Of a stretch of DNA of 64,000 nucleotides, positions 37,511 through 51,510 are shown in pieces (within the stretch, counting starts at the first letter, position 1; the number at the start of each line of letters is the position of its first letter). The notes beneath the pieces are model-generated. The model had not been told where the DNA came from, did not search any database, and saw only the letters and a list, made by a program, of their open reading frames with translations. Origin of the DNA: Vicugna vicugna. Taxonomy: Eukaryota. The DNA lies in NCBI GenBank assembly GCA_013265495.1, contig MU061538.1, positions 808,001-872,000 on the forward strand. The letters run 5' to 3'. Both the position numbers and the translations under genes were made by a program.

Positions 37511-39573
37511 GGCCGGGGTGGGGGACGTGCAGCACGGGAGTGCCCTGCCCGCCCCACCCCTTCTCTGACTCAAATAAAATCGACTTAGTTCAAGACGCTG
37601 ATCCAGAGAACGCAATTTTAAAGATGAGAACTGCAGCAGAGGTCCTCTCGTGAAAACTGCCCGTTGCTTGACCGAGCTGGCTTCTCTGAGTTCCAGGACC
37701 ACCTGCTCCCAGGACCTGCCCTGACTCCCAGAGCCCAAACCTCCGCTTCCTCAGACAGGAGGCCCAAACGCCCACATTTCCCTCTCATTCACTGCCTGTC
37801 AGCTCGGGCTGGCCTGCCCTGAAGGGCCCTGACCAGCTGTGGGGTAGATGAGACCCTGGTGCAGATCCTGGATGTGGGTCCAGCCTTCCTACAAGACCAA
37901 GGCCTCGCAAGGTTCTCCACGGTGACAAGGTCGAGCCCAGACTCCCGGGGACCCGCCCACCATTCCAGCTCTGTCCACCCACACGGGCAACCCCTCCCCA
38001 CCCTCCACGGCCCCTCCCCCTGAGCTACCTGGCTCTGAGCTACCAGCAAACCACACACATCTTACGACAGAGTTCATATCAGCCTCTTGTTAGAACGTAC
38101 GCGCCCTCACAGGTGAAGAAAAACAATCTCCCACGCACAGCACAGCACAGCACAGCGCAGCGGCGGCTGCACGGAGCGCCGCCATGAACGAAGGGAAAAG
38201 AACAGGTGTGGCGGTAAGCAGGCAGCGCGGTACAGAAACCACCAGCGCTGCGTCAGCCCGCACTGGCCGGCGGGTGTTTACCAGAGGCTGTCAGCGCTCG
38301 CGCTCACGCTCTGGGGTCAGTGCCCCACGTGGGTCAGTGCACTGTCAGTGTTGACTGGACTGAACACTAAAGATCCACGAAAATGATGCTTTTACGTTGG
38401 CAAAGCTGACAACCTTCGAAAACCTGGATTAGAAACAAGCCAAGTAGTAACAAAAAATTAGAGAAACAACTACAAAGTTTAAAGACACTATTTTTGCAGT
38501 TAAAACCCAACTACCAGATTCAGAAAAGATTATCAACCTATAAGAACAGCAGAAAACACGCATCTTCCCCATGGAAGAGACATCTGTGTGAAAACCAAAT
38601 TAAGTCAGAAAAGCATGAGTTGGTTACCTTTTTTTAGAGGCAGATTTTTGACAATCTAGCTGAAAATGTATTACAAATCTACACATATAAGATGATTTAA
38701 AAATTCCAAATAGACATCAGGTCACATCTACTCTTGGACATTTAAATTTTAATCTACCATCTCTCCTAGTAAAGTATTGTATTACTACTCATTAACACAT
38801 TACATGATCAGAAAGTTATATTCACCACAATCCACTCTTATTAGAATGTTAAATGAAAGCATAATATAATATAGCTATATCTTATAAACACAGTTCACTC
38901 CAACTTTTACTAAATAAAGCGTTAATATTGACTGGCAGAATGAAAAGACACTTTTGAAAATGGGGATAGTGGTGATGGAGAAAAACCAATAGGAAAAGAG
39001 AAATTAAATGATACTGAGAAATACAAATTTAAAACACTAAATGAAATTACTTTAATCAGGGAGAAAAAATTCATGTTGTACCATTCAGTTAGTCAAAACT
39101 GCCCTTAAATTTTAATATTCAAGTGAATTAATGCTTAACCCTTATGGCCACTCATTATCTTCCCTATTTTATCCAAAATTGACTGGCTATTATTGTGCAG
39201 GGAAGCAAGAGGCATTTAAAAACACTCAGGAACATAATGATCCAAGTTGGTTACTTGAAAAGTCTAATAAGAGATATTAACAAGTATGACTTCAAAAGTC
39301 CTCACCTTGATCTGCCCGAACGCATTTTTTAAAGGTTTGCAAATTGGAGTCCATGCTGAAGCAGACAGAACTGTATAATGAGCTCCACGTCCCCACCTGC
39401 AAGCTTCAGCAGGTGTCACCTCGTGGCCGACCCTCCACGCCCTCACCTCCTGCCGTGTGCTCAGCACGCTGTAACTCTTCGAACGCGAACATGCAGGAGC
39501 TCACACAATATCTAGCAAACGTGTCTGCACACAACAGGAAACTCGCAGGCTTGTGACCAAAGCCCTCACTCAC

Positions 39574-39786
39574 CTGTGCCTCTCCGAGGTCATTGTTCAC
39601 CACAGTGAAGTTCAGCCCCAGCTCCTCCACATCCCCTTCATAGCTCTTGAGAAAGAGCAGGTTCCTGTACACCTCCGGGTCCAAGGAGGCCAGGTGGTGG
39701 ATGTCCACGTCCGCACTGGTCCCCAGCAGCTTGGACAGGAAGAAGCCTGCGAAGGGCAGCTCCACCAGCATGTTCTCGTAGAGGGC
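39574..39786 (-). CDS. UBE3C: UBE3C coding exon (~19), HECT
   Basis: ALYENMLVELPFAGFFLSKLLGTSADVDIHHLASLDPEVYRNLLFLKSYEGDVEELGLNFTVVNNDLGEAQ; gaag acceptor, gtgagt donor; 213 nt. Confidence 0.96.
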
Positions 39787-40119
39787 CTTCAAACGGAACA
39801 GCGACACCACAGTTAGCACGTCCCGGGACCTCTGGTTCTAGGCTTCCTCGAAATAAGAAACGGGACGTCCAATTTGATATTTAATGGAATCCTAAGAGAG
39901 CAGATACTTTTTCTCTCGAATAAGGATAAGGATGGTGGAAGCTAATACCTGGTGAGCATTTACCATGTGCGAGGCCACAGTCTGAGCAATCAATATACAT
40001 ATTCACTAAGTAGAAAACTCTGGAACAGACTATCGAAGCATGTTAGGGATGAGACACCAGTGGGGACTTTTCAGAGCCAGGCCCTCCATGCTGTGCGGGG
40101 CCTGCCAAGCGCTCCCTCT

Positions 40120-40540
40120 GCAGGTGCACCGGGCTACCAGGGCTGCTGCAGCGAGCGCCACAACCTGGGTGGCTGCAAACCACAGAAACTTACGGCTCAG
40201 TTCTGGAGGCCAGAAGTCGGAGGCCAAGGTGTCAGCAGGGCTGAGGAGGAGTCTTCCTGCCTCTTTCAGCTTCTGGCGGTGCTGGCGCCCCCGGTGGGCC
40301 CTGGCAGGCAGCTGCAGCCTCCCAGACCCCACCTCTGCACCTGCTGCCTTCCCTGTGTGTCCGAACCACCCCGCCTCCACTTACGGAGACGTTGGTTGTC
40401 AGATTCCAGGACTCCCTCTAACCCAGTATGCTCTCAGCTTAGCCTGACCGCAAACGCTGCCTGACTTCCAAGTGGGGTCGAGTTTGCAGGCACAGAGTGT
40501 TAGGCACTTGAGCATTATCTTTTGGGGTCGCAATTCTACC
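40120..40540 (-). mobile_element. MaLR LTR (MLT1-like)
   Basis: agggctgc...cacaacctgggtggct...cagaaactta...cagttctggaggccagaagtcgga...aaggtgtcagcaggg. Confidence 0.7.
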
Positions 40541-43500
40541 CATGATGGTAGGCAGACCACTCGCCCATTCTGCCCTCACAGCACAAAAGGAGCACAAAGT
40601 GTGGACGAGGGAGGGCCGCCGTGTGCCAAAGCTGAGCTTCATGTAGTTTCCAATGTCAAGAAATAGTCGTCTTCTTTAGATTTGTCCCCCAACCGTCAGT
40701 GGAAACAAAAAGAGCATCCTTCTCAGCTCCCTGGCCGACCACACAGAAGCAGGCGGCAGGCTGGACCCGGCCCGCGGGCTGCGGCCCTGCCAGGCCCTGC
40801 TCTAGACGTGGAGGAGCCGGGCCTCGGAGCTCTGGGAGGTCTGTCCAGATGTTATGAGTCAGCAGGTGACAAAATTGGCTTCAAAACCCAGCTTCCCTGA
40901 TGCCCAGATCAGTGTTTTCATGGCAAGTCACCGTCTGCCTTTCCATCGAAGGACAGCAATGTGCAATGATTCAGCATTTATTTACACTGAAATATAATTT
41001 ACAGACAGTAAAATGAAATGTACAATTCATTGTCTGACTTCACTCGTGTAATGACCACGCAGCCCACAACAGAGCACATTTACCCTCTCTCCCCAGTCAC
41101 GAGTTTCCTCAGGCCCTGTGGTCAGCACGGCCCCAGGTTAGCCCCGTTGTGTTAGCACCACAGGCGGGCCTGCCAGTCCTGGAACGTCGTAACTGGGATC
41201 GCACAGCAGCTGTGCCTTCCAGCTGTCCTCTGCAGCGTGTTTCTGAGATTCACTGTCACTGCTTGTCTGTTACTTACTCACTGCTTGGGCCCCACCTCTC
41301 CCTCAGCCCCCAGCTCCAGCTCTGCGCAGCGAAGCTGCCAGAGGGCCGTTGGTGCGCATCTCAGTGGGCGTGTGCTCTGACCTCCCCTGCCCGTGTCCCT
41401 GAGAAGGTCTGGCGACATGGAAGTACCCGTCTGAGACGCTGACATGCTGCTTCCTGGAATACGAGGACTCCCACGTGAGCAGCAGTGCAGGAAGGTTCCA
41501 ACGGGTCTGCACTCCCACCAGCTGTCAGCACCGTGACTCTTCTACGTGTTAGCTGCTCTGGTTGGTTGGTGCAACGAGGCACCTCACTGTGGCTCTGATC
41601 TACACCTCCCTGGCGACCACTGGTGCTGGAGGACACTAAGTGTTAGGACTACCGTGTGAATCCCCGGAGGTCCTCCAAGGTGGGTGAGAAGTGAAACTCC
41701 GTAAGCTCCCAGCACGACGGCAGGGTCCGCCTGGCACGGTAACTACTCCCACGGCCACGGCTGTCACATGCGACGAGGAGTCAGCAAGGCGCTGCACAAG
41801 TCTCAGGAGCATGCCTGTTATTTTATTCTAACAGTTGACTGACTTGGAAGCCACAGAAAATCTTTCTTGCCAAAATGCTGCGATGAAAATAACAGCTCCC
41901 CTTACTGAGTGCTGCTCCGGGCCAGGTGCCGCGCTCCCGCGTGTCCGCCTGGCCCAGCGGGACAACCCGACTGCCAGGCGAGAGGGACTCTTACACGGGA
42001 GTCCGGGGAAGCCCTGCATCCCCCACGAAGGCCACTCTTGTTAGAAAGTGGCCAACCTGCACAGACGTGTCCCCGGCTGTTCTTGGGGATGCTCCTTCCC
42101 AGTGGGGGAGGTGGGCTGTCCCCACACTGGGTGAATGCGGAGTGGCAGCGGGGTCTCGAGCACAGGTGGTCGTGAGCTTCCTCTGACTGAAGGGCAGCCT
42201 GTGACCCCAGCCCAAGACGGAGTGGCCCCAGAAGGACAGACAGGGAGGGGTGAGGGCTGGACCCAGCCCCTGAGAAGGGACCGCAATGAGCTGCACGGCG
42301 ATACATTCACGTCCTCTTTAAACCACCACCGCCGCTGCTCTGTGTCCACAGTGGCAGAAGAGACGCGTGGTTTGCCCTGAGGGGTAGTCATTCAGCCGGA
42401 CGCCAGCTTCACAAGTCGCCCTTCCAGAGGCCACCCGATCACGTCCACACACACTGAATGCTAAACACGAGGGCTCACTGAGGCAGATCTGCATGAATTA
42501 ACTCCCACGGGAGTGAGGCGCTCTCAGACAGCCGGCACCCCGCTCCCTGGCTCTTCCTGCACACACGAGACGACCAGCCCGGGAGGGGCCGCGGCGTGTC
42601 CACGCGCGGCAGCCCGCACGTCCCTGACCCTTACGCACCCCCCTCGCACTCTCACACGCGTGCTCCCCCCTTCCCAAGCCACCAGAGAAGTGCGCATAAC
42701 CCGCAGAATGACATCTTAGCCCCACCACTGGCATGACCGGAGGAAACGGGAAAACGGCCGTCACACGTCCTCTGGGAATTGCGCGCCCCGAGCAGCACCC
42801 CCTCCTGGTCCCCTGCCCGCCCGCCAAGCCCACGGGTGTCTGCCAGGTTTCCACGTGTGACGTCCCTGTGCTTTTATCTGATCTGAAGACGAGTGATCAC
42901 CCAATTAATTTTGAAGACGGCAAAAAAAGGACTTCTTAATGAGAGAGTGAGTAATAAAAAGGCAACTAGCACTTGAGTCGCCTACTGATAATGCAAAGAG
43001 AGAGCTGTCGTGAAAAGCCAGTTTGCTTCAAGTTAAGAACTCTAGTACTATTAACCGGGAGCACTTATAAATCTCATCACTTCTAAGTGAATGATGACTT
43101 CAACGCGAGGCGCGCATTCTGCATAAGGCACGATCGACCCCAGGTGCTGAAGAGAAGCCTCATCTGTACAGCGGACCGTGAAGTGAACCAAACGTGTAAA
43201 TCACCTGGTGCTCAATATATACGGCCACTGTCCGCCATCTCTGCATTAGAACAGTAAACCTACGAAACCCGCGAAGGCTATCAGGGCTACCTGAATTTTA
43301 AACAGAAATTCCACCGTGACTCATAAAATGTAAATGCATAGGTGTAATTTTTTACATGCGGCAGGTTTCAACCTTTAGAGCATTTAATACACAAGCACTA
43401 ACAAATGGCAGCACTAAAACCCTGACTGCATCAGCTAAATGGCTTATAAATTAAACTTCCATAATGTCTGCAACCGAGACACAAACGTAAGCATAAATCA

Positions 43501-46500
43501 AGGTATTTTCTAAACACAGGTTAATTACACAACTTCAAAAACTGCCAATTTTTTATGCAAAATAATCCACTTAGCATTTTTCACACGGGCCTTTGTCCTC
43601 AGCCAGCCGCACACACTTGTTCCTAGAAGCACATCAATAATGCCTGTCATGAAAAGATACCAATAGGTGTATGGAAAAAAGCTGTACGTGTTTTTCAACT
43701 GCCTGTCTTTTATGAGTGTTTATAGCTAGAAATTGTGCCAAAATGATTTGAAATAAAAAGGATTAATTATGGTAGAAGCCTTTTAATATAAGAGAGTGCA
43801 GTCGCAATGCAAATGCAAGCCGCGGCTCTGTCGTGAGAATAAATTGAGCTGCACCGAGGCGCTCTGTTTGCTGCCAAGTAACTCCAGCAATTTACTACAT
43901 TAAGAATCAATAAAAAAATAATGCTTTTCAAATGCATCACTATCACTCTTCAGGTAGTTCTAAAGTGAACATTTATAACTTAATCTAAAAACTGTATCAG
44001 AGATGTCTTGTTTTAAACAGCTCTAACTGAGCCAGAAAATAATAATTCTAATTATTTCAGGTCATGCTAACCTTGGAGTTCAAAAAATAAGAAAGATCCG
44101 TAAAATCAGGATGTAAGGGGACGGTGGCACACTGTGTAGCTCAGTCGCTGTGCTTCACAGCTAGTAACTGAGAGCTGGAGCTCAGTCTCGCAGGGTGGGG
44201 GACACTGTATGGTGCCCAGGCATTTAACACATTTCTTAAGTGCCAGCCATGTGCCACGACTGATCTTCAGGCTGGAATTCTGCATCCACGAATTTGCTGA
44301 CAGAAAAACATTTACTCTCTTTTGAGCCATCTCAGGTTATGCAGAACCATGGAGATGTCAAACCACATTTCACACCCACCGCCCTCTTGCCCCTCTTGCT
44401 CCTTTAAGCCTCTGCCGGCCCCTGCTTCTGTGACACGGCGTGCGCCTGCGCCCAAGCCCCCTGGGGACAAGGGGTCCCACCAGCCCTGGAAGCGAAGGTT
44501 TCAGGAGGAGAGACTTTAACTTGTTCACCGTGACCGATCATCTGCACTGAGGGTCTGACAGCTTCAGGAAACCCCTGGGGATGCTGAGTGGGTGGAGGTG
44601 AAGGTCCACTCCTCCCGACCCATTTTCCTACTGGACACCCAGGAATCCGTCCGCCGCACGGAAGCAACTCCGACTGGTGGGAGTGGACCTCCCGCGCCCT
44701 CCTCCCAGCTCTGAGGCTCAGGTTCCACCAGAAACGCCTCTGCTCCCCCTGCCCTGCCCACAAGAACGTCTAGAAGATTGAGAACTTACACCTTCAAGGC
44801 CAAAGTCACCCACATTCCCATCTCTGCCCACAAGGAGTAAGTGTCAGGAGTCTGAGAACAGCCGTTCACTTCCTGCCTCTGAAAAGAGATCCATTAAGGT
44901 GCCCCACGCAGCCAAGAACTTTTTCCATAATTAAAAGGCCATTTTTCAGGTCTGAAAATTCTCCTCCTACCAAACAGGACGATGAAACACCAGACCTCTG
45001 ACAAGTGAGGGTCCTGATGCCCCTCAAAGGTGAGGGGGCCACCCCAGGGCCTGAGTACCCCTCCAGACAAGGCGTGGCCCTGCCCGTGACTGCTGCTGGC
45101 GACACTGAACCCACCTCACAGCCACCTCTCCTCCCTCCTCAGCACTCAGGGGCTCTATCAAAACCGGTGTTACGGTGTTATTTTTTGGTAACAGCTTTAT
45201 CGAGATGTAACTCACGTATCTTACAATTCACCCACTTAAAGTGGACAACCCAGTGGTTCTTATATTCACAGTTATGCAGTCATCACTTTTTGCACACTCC
45301 CTCACCCCCGAGGGACACCTCCAGCCCTCGGCCGGGGCCCCTCCTCCCCGGACAGCCCCCAAGAGCACCCCCAACGTGCTGTCTGCAGCACAGACACTCC
45401 GAGGGTCTGTCCTCTTTCACACAGAAACGAAGCTCCACGAGCCCCACGCCCCGACAGCTGCAGCTCTGAGTTTCTGAACAGAGACTCTGCAGCAGAGCGG
45501 GCTGCAACCGCCTGCCCACCCTCCTCCCAGCCCTCCTCCGGGCGAGCCGCAGGCCCCACGCCAAGCTCAGCATCCGCAGCGCGAACCCACTCACTGACAG
45601 TTCCGCCCCCCGACGGAAAATGACCAGCAACCCAGAAGCCCCTCTCGGGCCTCCCCATCACCACCCTCTCGGGATCAGCCATCCAGACGTGCAGCAGCAC
45701 AGACCAGCGGCTGTGCTGGGGACCCGTTAACACATGATCCAGCACCATTGCCCCTCGGCTCGATCCCCGCTGGCGGGCCAGGAATTCCAGCCCGGCTCTC
45801 ATCATAGGCCTGAGCTCAAGGACCTGCTGCCGCCTCCCACGCACAGCCGTCCCCACCCAGAGGCGTCAACAGTGCCTGCGGACATCGTCCCCCCCGCTTG
45901 CCTTTCATAAACTTACGAATTCTAAGTGACTATTTAAATGTTTAGAAGGATTCAAACGGGCTAATTTTACTTTCAGACATTTTTTCTGCCCTTGTCGCAC
46001 AAATAAAGGCCAGGGACAGACAAGCAGCAGACTTGGAGCAGCACCAGCAAGAGCGTGTTCCTCGTTCTCGCGGCCAGAATGTCACATGTCTTAGAAAAAG
46101 GAAAACTCCCCGTACAACGCTGACCCAGGTTAAACTGGCGCCTGGAGCGCTTAAACGCAAGAGGCAGCATCTCAACAGTGGGCAAGATCTCCTTCACGCA
46201 GGAGCAGGAAGAGTTCTGGCGAGCACCTCAGAGCGCTTAAAGCCACGACAACACTTCTGGGCACCGGAACCCACTGACTTCTGGAATACACCTGCCATTT
46301 CTACTGTACAACGGAAACCAGTTCTGTCTCATGCTTAATTCTGAAAACTAAATTCATCTAGAAGCCATGCCCGTAACTGCCTGGGAGAAGAATCTCCAGA
46401 TGAGCGGCCGCTTTGCTCTTAACGGAAACCAGGGCAAACCGTGACTGTTAGAATGTTGCAAGAGCAGGCAGGGTTCTCAGAGGGGGCAAGTTCCAAGCGA

Positions 46501-48809
46501 AGCGATCGTTTGTGAATTACGAAGTTCACTGGTTACACGTTTGTCAGTCGTGATTTCTGATCCTCCTGTTTCTAAAACAAGCCGAGGCCAACCAGCGTGA
46601 CCTGACGCTCAGCCCCCCGCAGCGGACCGGGAGCGCAGAAGTGGCTCCTGAAGCCCGCTGGTGCCCCAGTGAGAAGTCTTAACACTGACAGGAAGACATG
46701 TGTCAAGCAGAGAAGATCAACTATTTGCTGAATGTTACGTTTAAGAAAAAAATCTAAGGGAAAGCTGTATTGACGTTAGTGATCAGAGCACTTCGTCCGA
46801 CCACGGTCGTGGAGCAGCTCACCTGCACCTGCCCTTCACAAGGCTGAGCTCAAAACAACATGGTACAAACGAGAAGCTCTGCCATTTAGGGACCAGAGCA
46901 ACTTCAATTACCAGTGTTCACCTCAGTCGACAGTTTTAAAGCCTCAGCAAATGCAGTGAGCATTTTATAAAAGGACTCTAATGAACAGAAAAATAAATTA
47001 TCCCAGCTCTCAAAAAAATTTCAGGATAAACTGTTAACGGCCAACATTACACTCTGTGATACATTAAGTGCACGCTGAATTCTACTAAAATACAAAATTA
47101 TAAATGACACCAAAGTCTCGTGATCTGCTAATTAAAAATCTGAAATATACGACCAAGATATTATCAAATAATCTGATTTATAGGTCTCCTGTTCCAATTA
47201 AATCAATATTCTGAAGCAAGAAGAAAGAGCCATTTCCAAATGGAATTCAAATATGATACAAGATTTCCTTCAATAATATTCTGAACTTAATCGGCTTAAA
47301 TGGATCGAGGTGCTTCTATTTATTAAAAAAGAATCAGGATGCCATCACCACATCCTTGAGCTGTTTATTTATTCCCTGTCTGAAGCCGGATTTACAGGTG
47401 GCGAAATGCAATCACAACCCAGACCAGAAGCAGGAATCATCCGCTAATGGAACTTTTAATTGAGGAGTGACCAGGGACATGAGGTAATTCTTCGTACGTA
47501 CGGCTGCTCTTGAAGCCCCCTTTGCACTTTATCACAGTAAACAATCACTAACATATGCATCAAAGAAAATTTCAATACATTATGACCCAATAAATATCAC
47601 AATCAATCAATATACAGTTTTCCTCTCCTAAAGATTTAATGTTCAGACAGCACACTATTAGTGCCACACTCTCAACACTCACTTAGATCTGGACAATTTT
47701 TCACGCGTTGGTACAAAGTTTAACCGTTTGTAATCAGAGGCAGAAACCAGTATCCCCTTAGGGATTTCCATGCAAAACACCGTATCAGTAAAATCACCAA
47801 GATGAGGACTTAAGTTAAGTATCATCCTCAAATAGCCACAGTTACCAGTGCTTCTGTCTAAACTTCATTACGTTAAAGAGCTTTACTGAGATGCAATTTA
47901 CACAAACTTCACTTCTGGGAGAAAGATCTATATGCCAAATTTTTCTCCCCGGAATCTGGTCTAAAGAGGTAACACACCGCACTCTGCGAGAGAGGCTGTG
48001 TCTCAGCAGCTGCAGCCGTGGGCAGAAGTGAGCATGGTGAACAGAGGGACCCACGGAGTCACCAGCGCCCCGGAAAGCGCCAGTGCGCCAGCAACATCCA
48101 ACGCGCCTGCCTCTGCACCACTCAGCGCATACACCCAGGAAGAAAGACAGCACAGAATTCAATGAGATTGTTTATGCAAATAAAACTTCGCTGCCATCTG
48201 CCACCGCGCGGTGTAAGAACCACTGAATTCAGGGAGTGCTTCAGGTTAGTCTGGCAAGATGCAGGCTCACCTTCAGAGGAAGGTCAGTGGCACAACATTT
48301 CAGAGACTGCTGATTACGAAACTCACATCCCTGGCAGGGAGCCGGGGCTGAGTGGAGAGGGACCACGGACAGGGAGAGGTGCTGTCTCACTGAGCACTGG
48401 TACCAAAGCCAGTACGCAGCTCCAGGGGGAGAGATACACTGTGCTTCAAAGAGAATTAAAGTGAGAAAGTGATCTGTTTGAAATTTACGCTAAGGAAGCT
48501 AACATCAGGTCAATGCCTGAAACCTGTCACTGAAATAAGCGAGCCTCAAGAGACACCCTGTTAAGACGGCGAGGTCCCGCTGAAGCCCCTTCCTCAAGCC
48601 CAGCCCTTCACACCTGCACCGTTAGAGCAGCATTCGGGACCCGAACAGACACATGACAACCGGGCCTGTAACGACGCACCTCACGGAGATGCACGGGGCC
48701 TGACTCTTACGCCCAGACCCTACTGCTTCCCACCACCCTCTGCCTTGCTAGGCCTGGGGTCCCATTTCCACCTGTCACTGGCAAACACACGCACACACAA
48801 CACAACACT

Positions 48810-50090
48810 CACGACAGAGCTCCAGTAACCAAAACAGTGTCACACCAGCACCAGGCCAAGCCCAGAGACCAACCCAGATCTGAGAGTTCAGCAATAAACC
48901 CTCACATCTGTGGCCACCTGACTCCCGACCACAGTGCCAGGACCGTCTTTTCAAGAAACAGTGCTGGGACAGCTAGACATCCACACACAGAGGAAGAGAG
49001 TGGGACCCCCTGAATCATACCACCTACAGAAATTAACTCAGACTGAATCAAAGACTTACATGTGAGAGGTAAGCTACAGAACTCTTACAAGAACACGCGG
49101 GTGCGCATCTCTGTGGCCCTGGATTAGACAACGGTTTCTTAGATGAGGTAACAAAAGGAAAACAAAAATTATAAACTTCTGTGCTTCAAAGGACAACACC
49201 CAGAGAACGAAAGACAACCCAGAGAAGGAGAGACAGTGTTTGCAGACCACATGCCTGATAAGCAACCTGAAAGCAGAATATATAAAGGACTCAAAAAAAG
49301 ACAAACTCAATTTAAAGAGCGGGCAGCGGACACGGGCAGACATTTCTCCACACAAGATAAGCGGCACACGAAGGTGTGCACCATCATCAGTCACCAGGGA
49401 AATGCAAATCCGAACCATGATGAGATACCACTCCACAGCCACCAGGACGGCCGCAAGGACAAGGCAGAAGAGAGTAAGTGCTGGCGAGACCGTGGGGAGG
49501 ACGGAGCTCCCCAGCGTGGCCGGTGAGAGGGCAAAGGCTGCAGCGTTAACTCTGGCAGCGCACCCCAGACCCCACCACTTCCGGCCGGGGTGTGCGCTCC
49601 TCTCGGGGAAGAGGAGTGGGAACACGCTGTTCACGCAAGGACCTGAACACGAGTGCTCACAGGCACTGTCCGTCACAGCCAAAAGGTGGGGACGCCGAAG
49701 CGTCCTCCGACGGACGAACGGGCGAGCAAGAGTGGTCCATCCACAAGGCGGACAGCGTCACGAAGCACATCACGCGCCACCACACGGGGAACCTGGGCAA
49801 CATCGTGCCCAGGTGAAGAAACCGGCCACAAAAGGCCACGTGCTGTAGATGAAAAGCCCAGAAGAGGCACATCCAGAGACAGAGGCAGGCTGGTGGGCAC
49901 TGAGAGCCGGCAGCACCAGCACAGGATGGGGAGTAACGGCTACTAGACGCAGGGCTTCCTTTCCTGGGATCTGTTCTGAAGTCACGGTGCTGATGGCCAC
50001 ACAACACAGTGAATATGCTATAAACCACCGGACTGTGCTCTTCAAAAAGCTGAATTTCATGGGATGTGAATTGCACCTCAAAAAAGTTGG
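48810..50090 (+). mobile_element. Old L1M ORF2 3' end and 3'UTR
   Basis: gaaattaactcagactgaatcaaagactta, cagggaaatgcaaatccgaaccatgatgagataccact, tgaatttcatgggatgtgaattgcacctcaa. Confidence 0.75.
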
Positions 50091-51139
50091 TATTTCCAAG
50101 TAAGTCACGAGCTGAGTTTCCATCAAGCTGCTTCTCAGACGGGCGAGTCCTGACCCCGGCTCCCAGGCAGAGCGGCAGGCAGGCCTGCTTACCGTGACAG
50201 GCACCACAGGGAACAGAACTGCCAACGTGCCCTGAAGGGAACGTCATGACGACGTTAAAAATGACCACAACTGTGATAAATCTCCACAGGAAACAACCAC
50301 ACAGCAACGTCAGTTCCCTACTTACTTACTTAAAGATGACAGGGCTACTGAGTGACCCTCCCTGAACCCTGGGCGTTGAGCACAGCACAAGTCGGCCACC
50401 TCCGGGCTCCGGATCACCACCGCGGGCAGAACGGCGTCCCTCACGGCCCCCGCCCTCCAGACCTCACACACCTTCCCCCAACACACCGTCCACCTGTCGT
50501 CCTTGATACACTGTCTTCGTGAGACCCCACCCTCTCTGGTCTTCCTCCCCACCGGGCCCTCCCCAGAGTCCGTCTAGACACCAGAGGGCATCCCCGCATT
50601 AACTGGGCACCTGCCCGTCCCCCTCCTCTCTCACCTTGTCCAACAGCGTCGACCGCGGGCCCCCTCCCTGTTCACGCCTGAAGCTGCCCCGCACCTGCAC
50701 TCAGAGCTGCTCGGCTCTGCAGCCACATGCGTACTGACGAGAATCGCCTTAAAATCTGATTCCCTGCACAAACCCCCCGTCAGAGACACCACCTCCACCA
50801 CCGCAGGAGGCTTTCCTGGAGAGCACGGCTCTGGGTCTCACTGGCTCATCAGTTCTTTGCTATGTCTTTCCCAGGACCCCAAACCACCCCCCTTGTCTGG
50901 TTCTTTACCAAACAGCCACTCTGTCTTTGAAAACCAACCAACCCATCCACCCACTCTTTCCTGGAACTTGCCCTTCCTCTAGGGGTCCCCTCTCGGTCCC
51001 CTCTCTCCTTCCCTGCAGAGCCGAGCCTGCTAGAAAGGCCACCGACACACTTTCCATCTGTAAACCTTCCATTTCCTTCACTGCACCTCAAAGCAAACCC
51101 ATTTTTATCATGTCACCCCACTAGAAAGATCACCGAGGA

Positions 51140-51510
51140 CAACCCTCATGTCCAGCAACTGAGGAATGGTTACAGAACATGGCTATCATAGAACGGAATA
51201 TTAGCCGGCAATGAAAAGGAACAGAGTGCTGACACACATCGTGACTTGATTGGTTCTTGAACACATGCTAAGTGAAAGAAGCCAGTCATGGAAGGATACA
51301 CACTTGACAATTCAATTTATAGGAAATGTCCAGAACAAGGACGTCACACAGACAAAAAAAGTAGATCAGCGCTTTGCCTGAGGGCAACTGTTAATGGGTA
51401 AAGGTGATGAAAAATTCACAGGTCATACAACTCTGTGAATATATTAAAAGTGTGAAATGTACTCTCTAAATGGGTGACTGCATGCTTTGTCAACTCCACC
51501 TCAGCAAACT
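51140..51510 (+). mobile_element. L1M 3' end fragment
   Basis: atgctaagtgaaagaagccagtc, caactctgtgaatatattaaaa. Confidence 0.65.

Noticed and set aside
38400..39270. Long AT-rich intronic stretch as an enhancer candidate
   Set aside because: Looks like low-complexity or very old repeat-derived DNA with no clear motif clustering; cannot be supported without alignment
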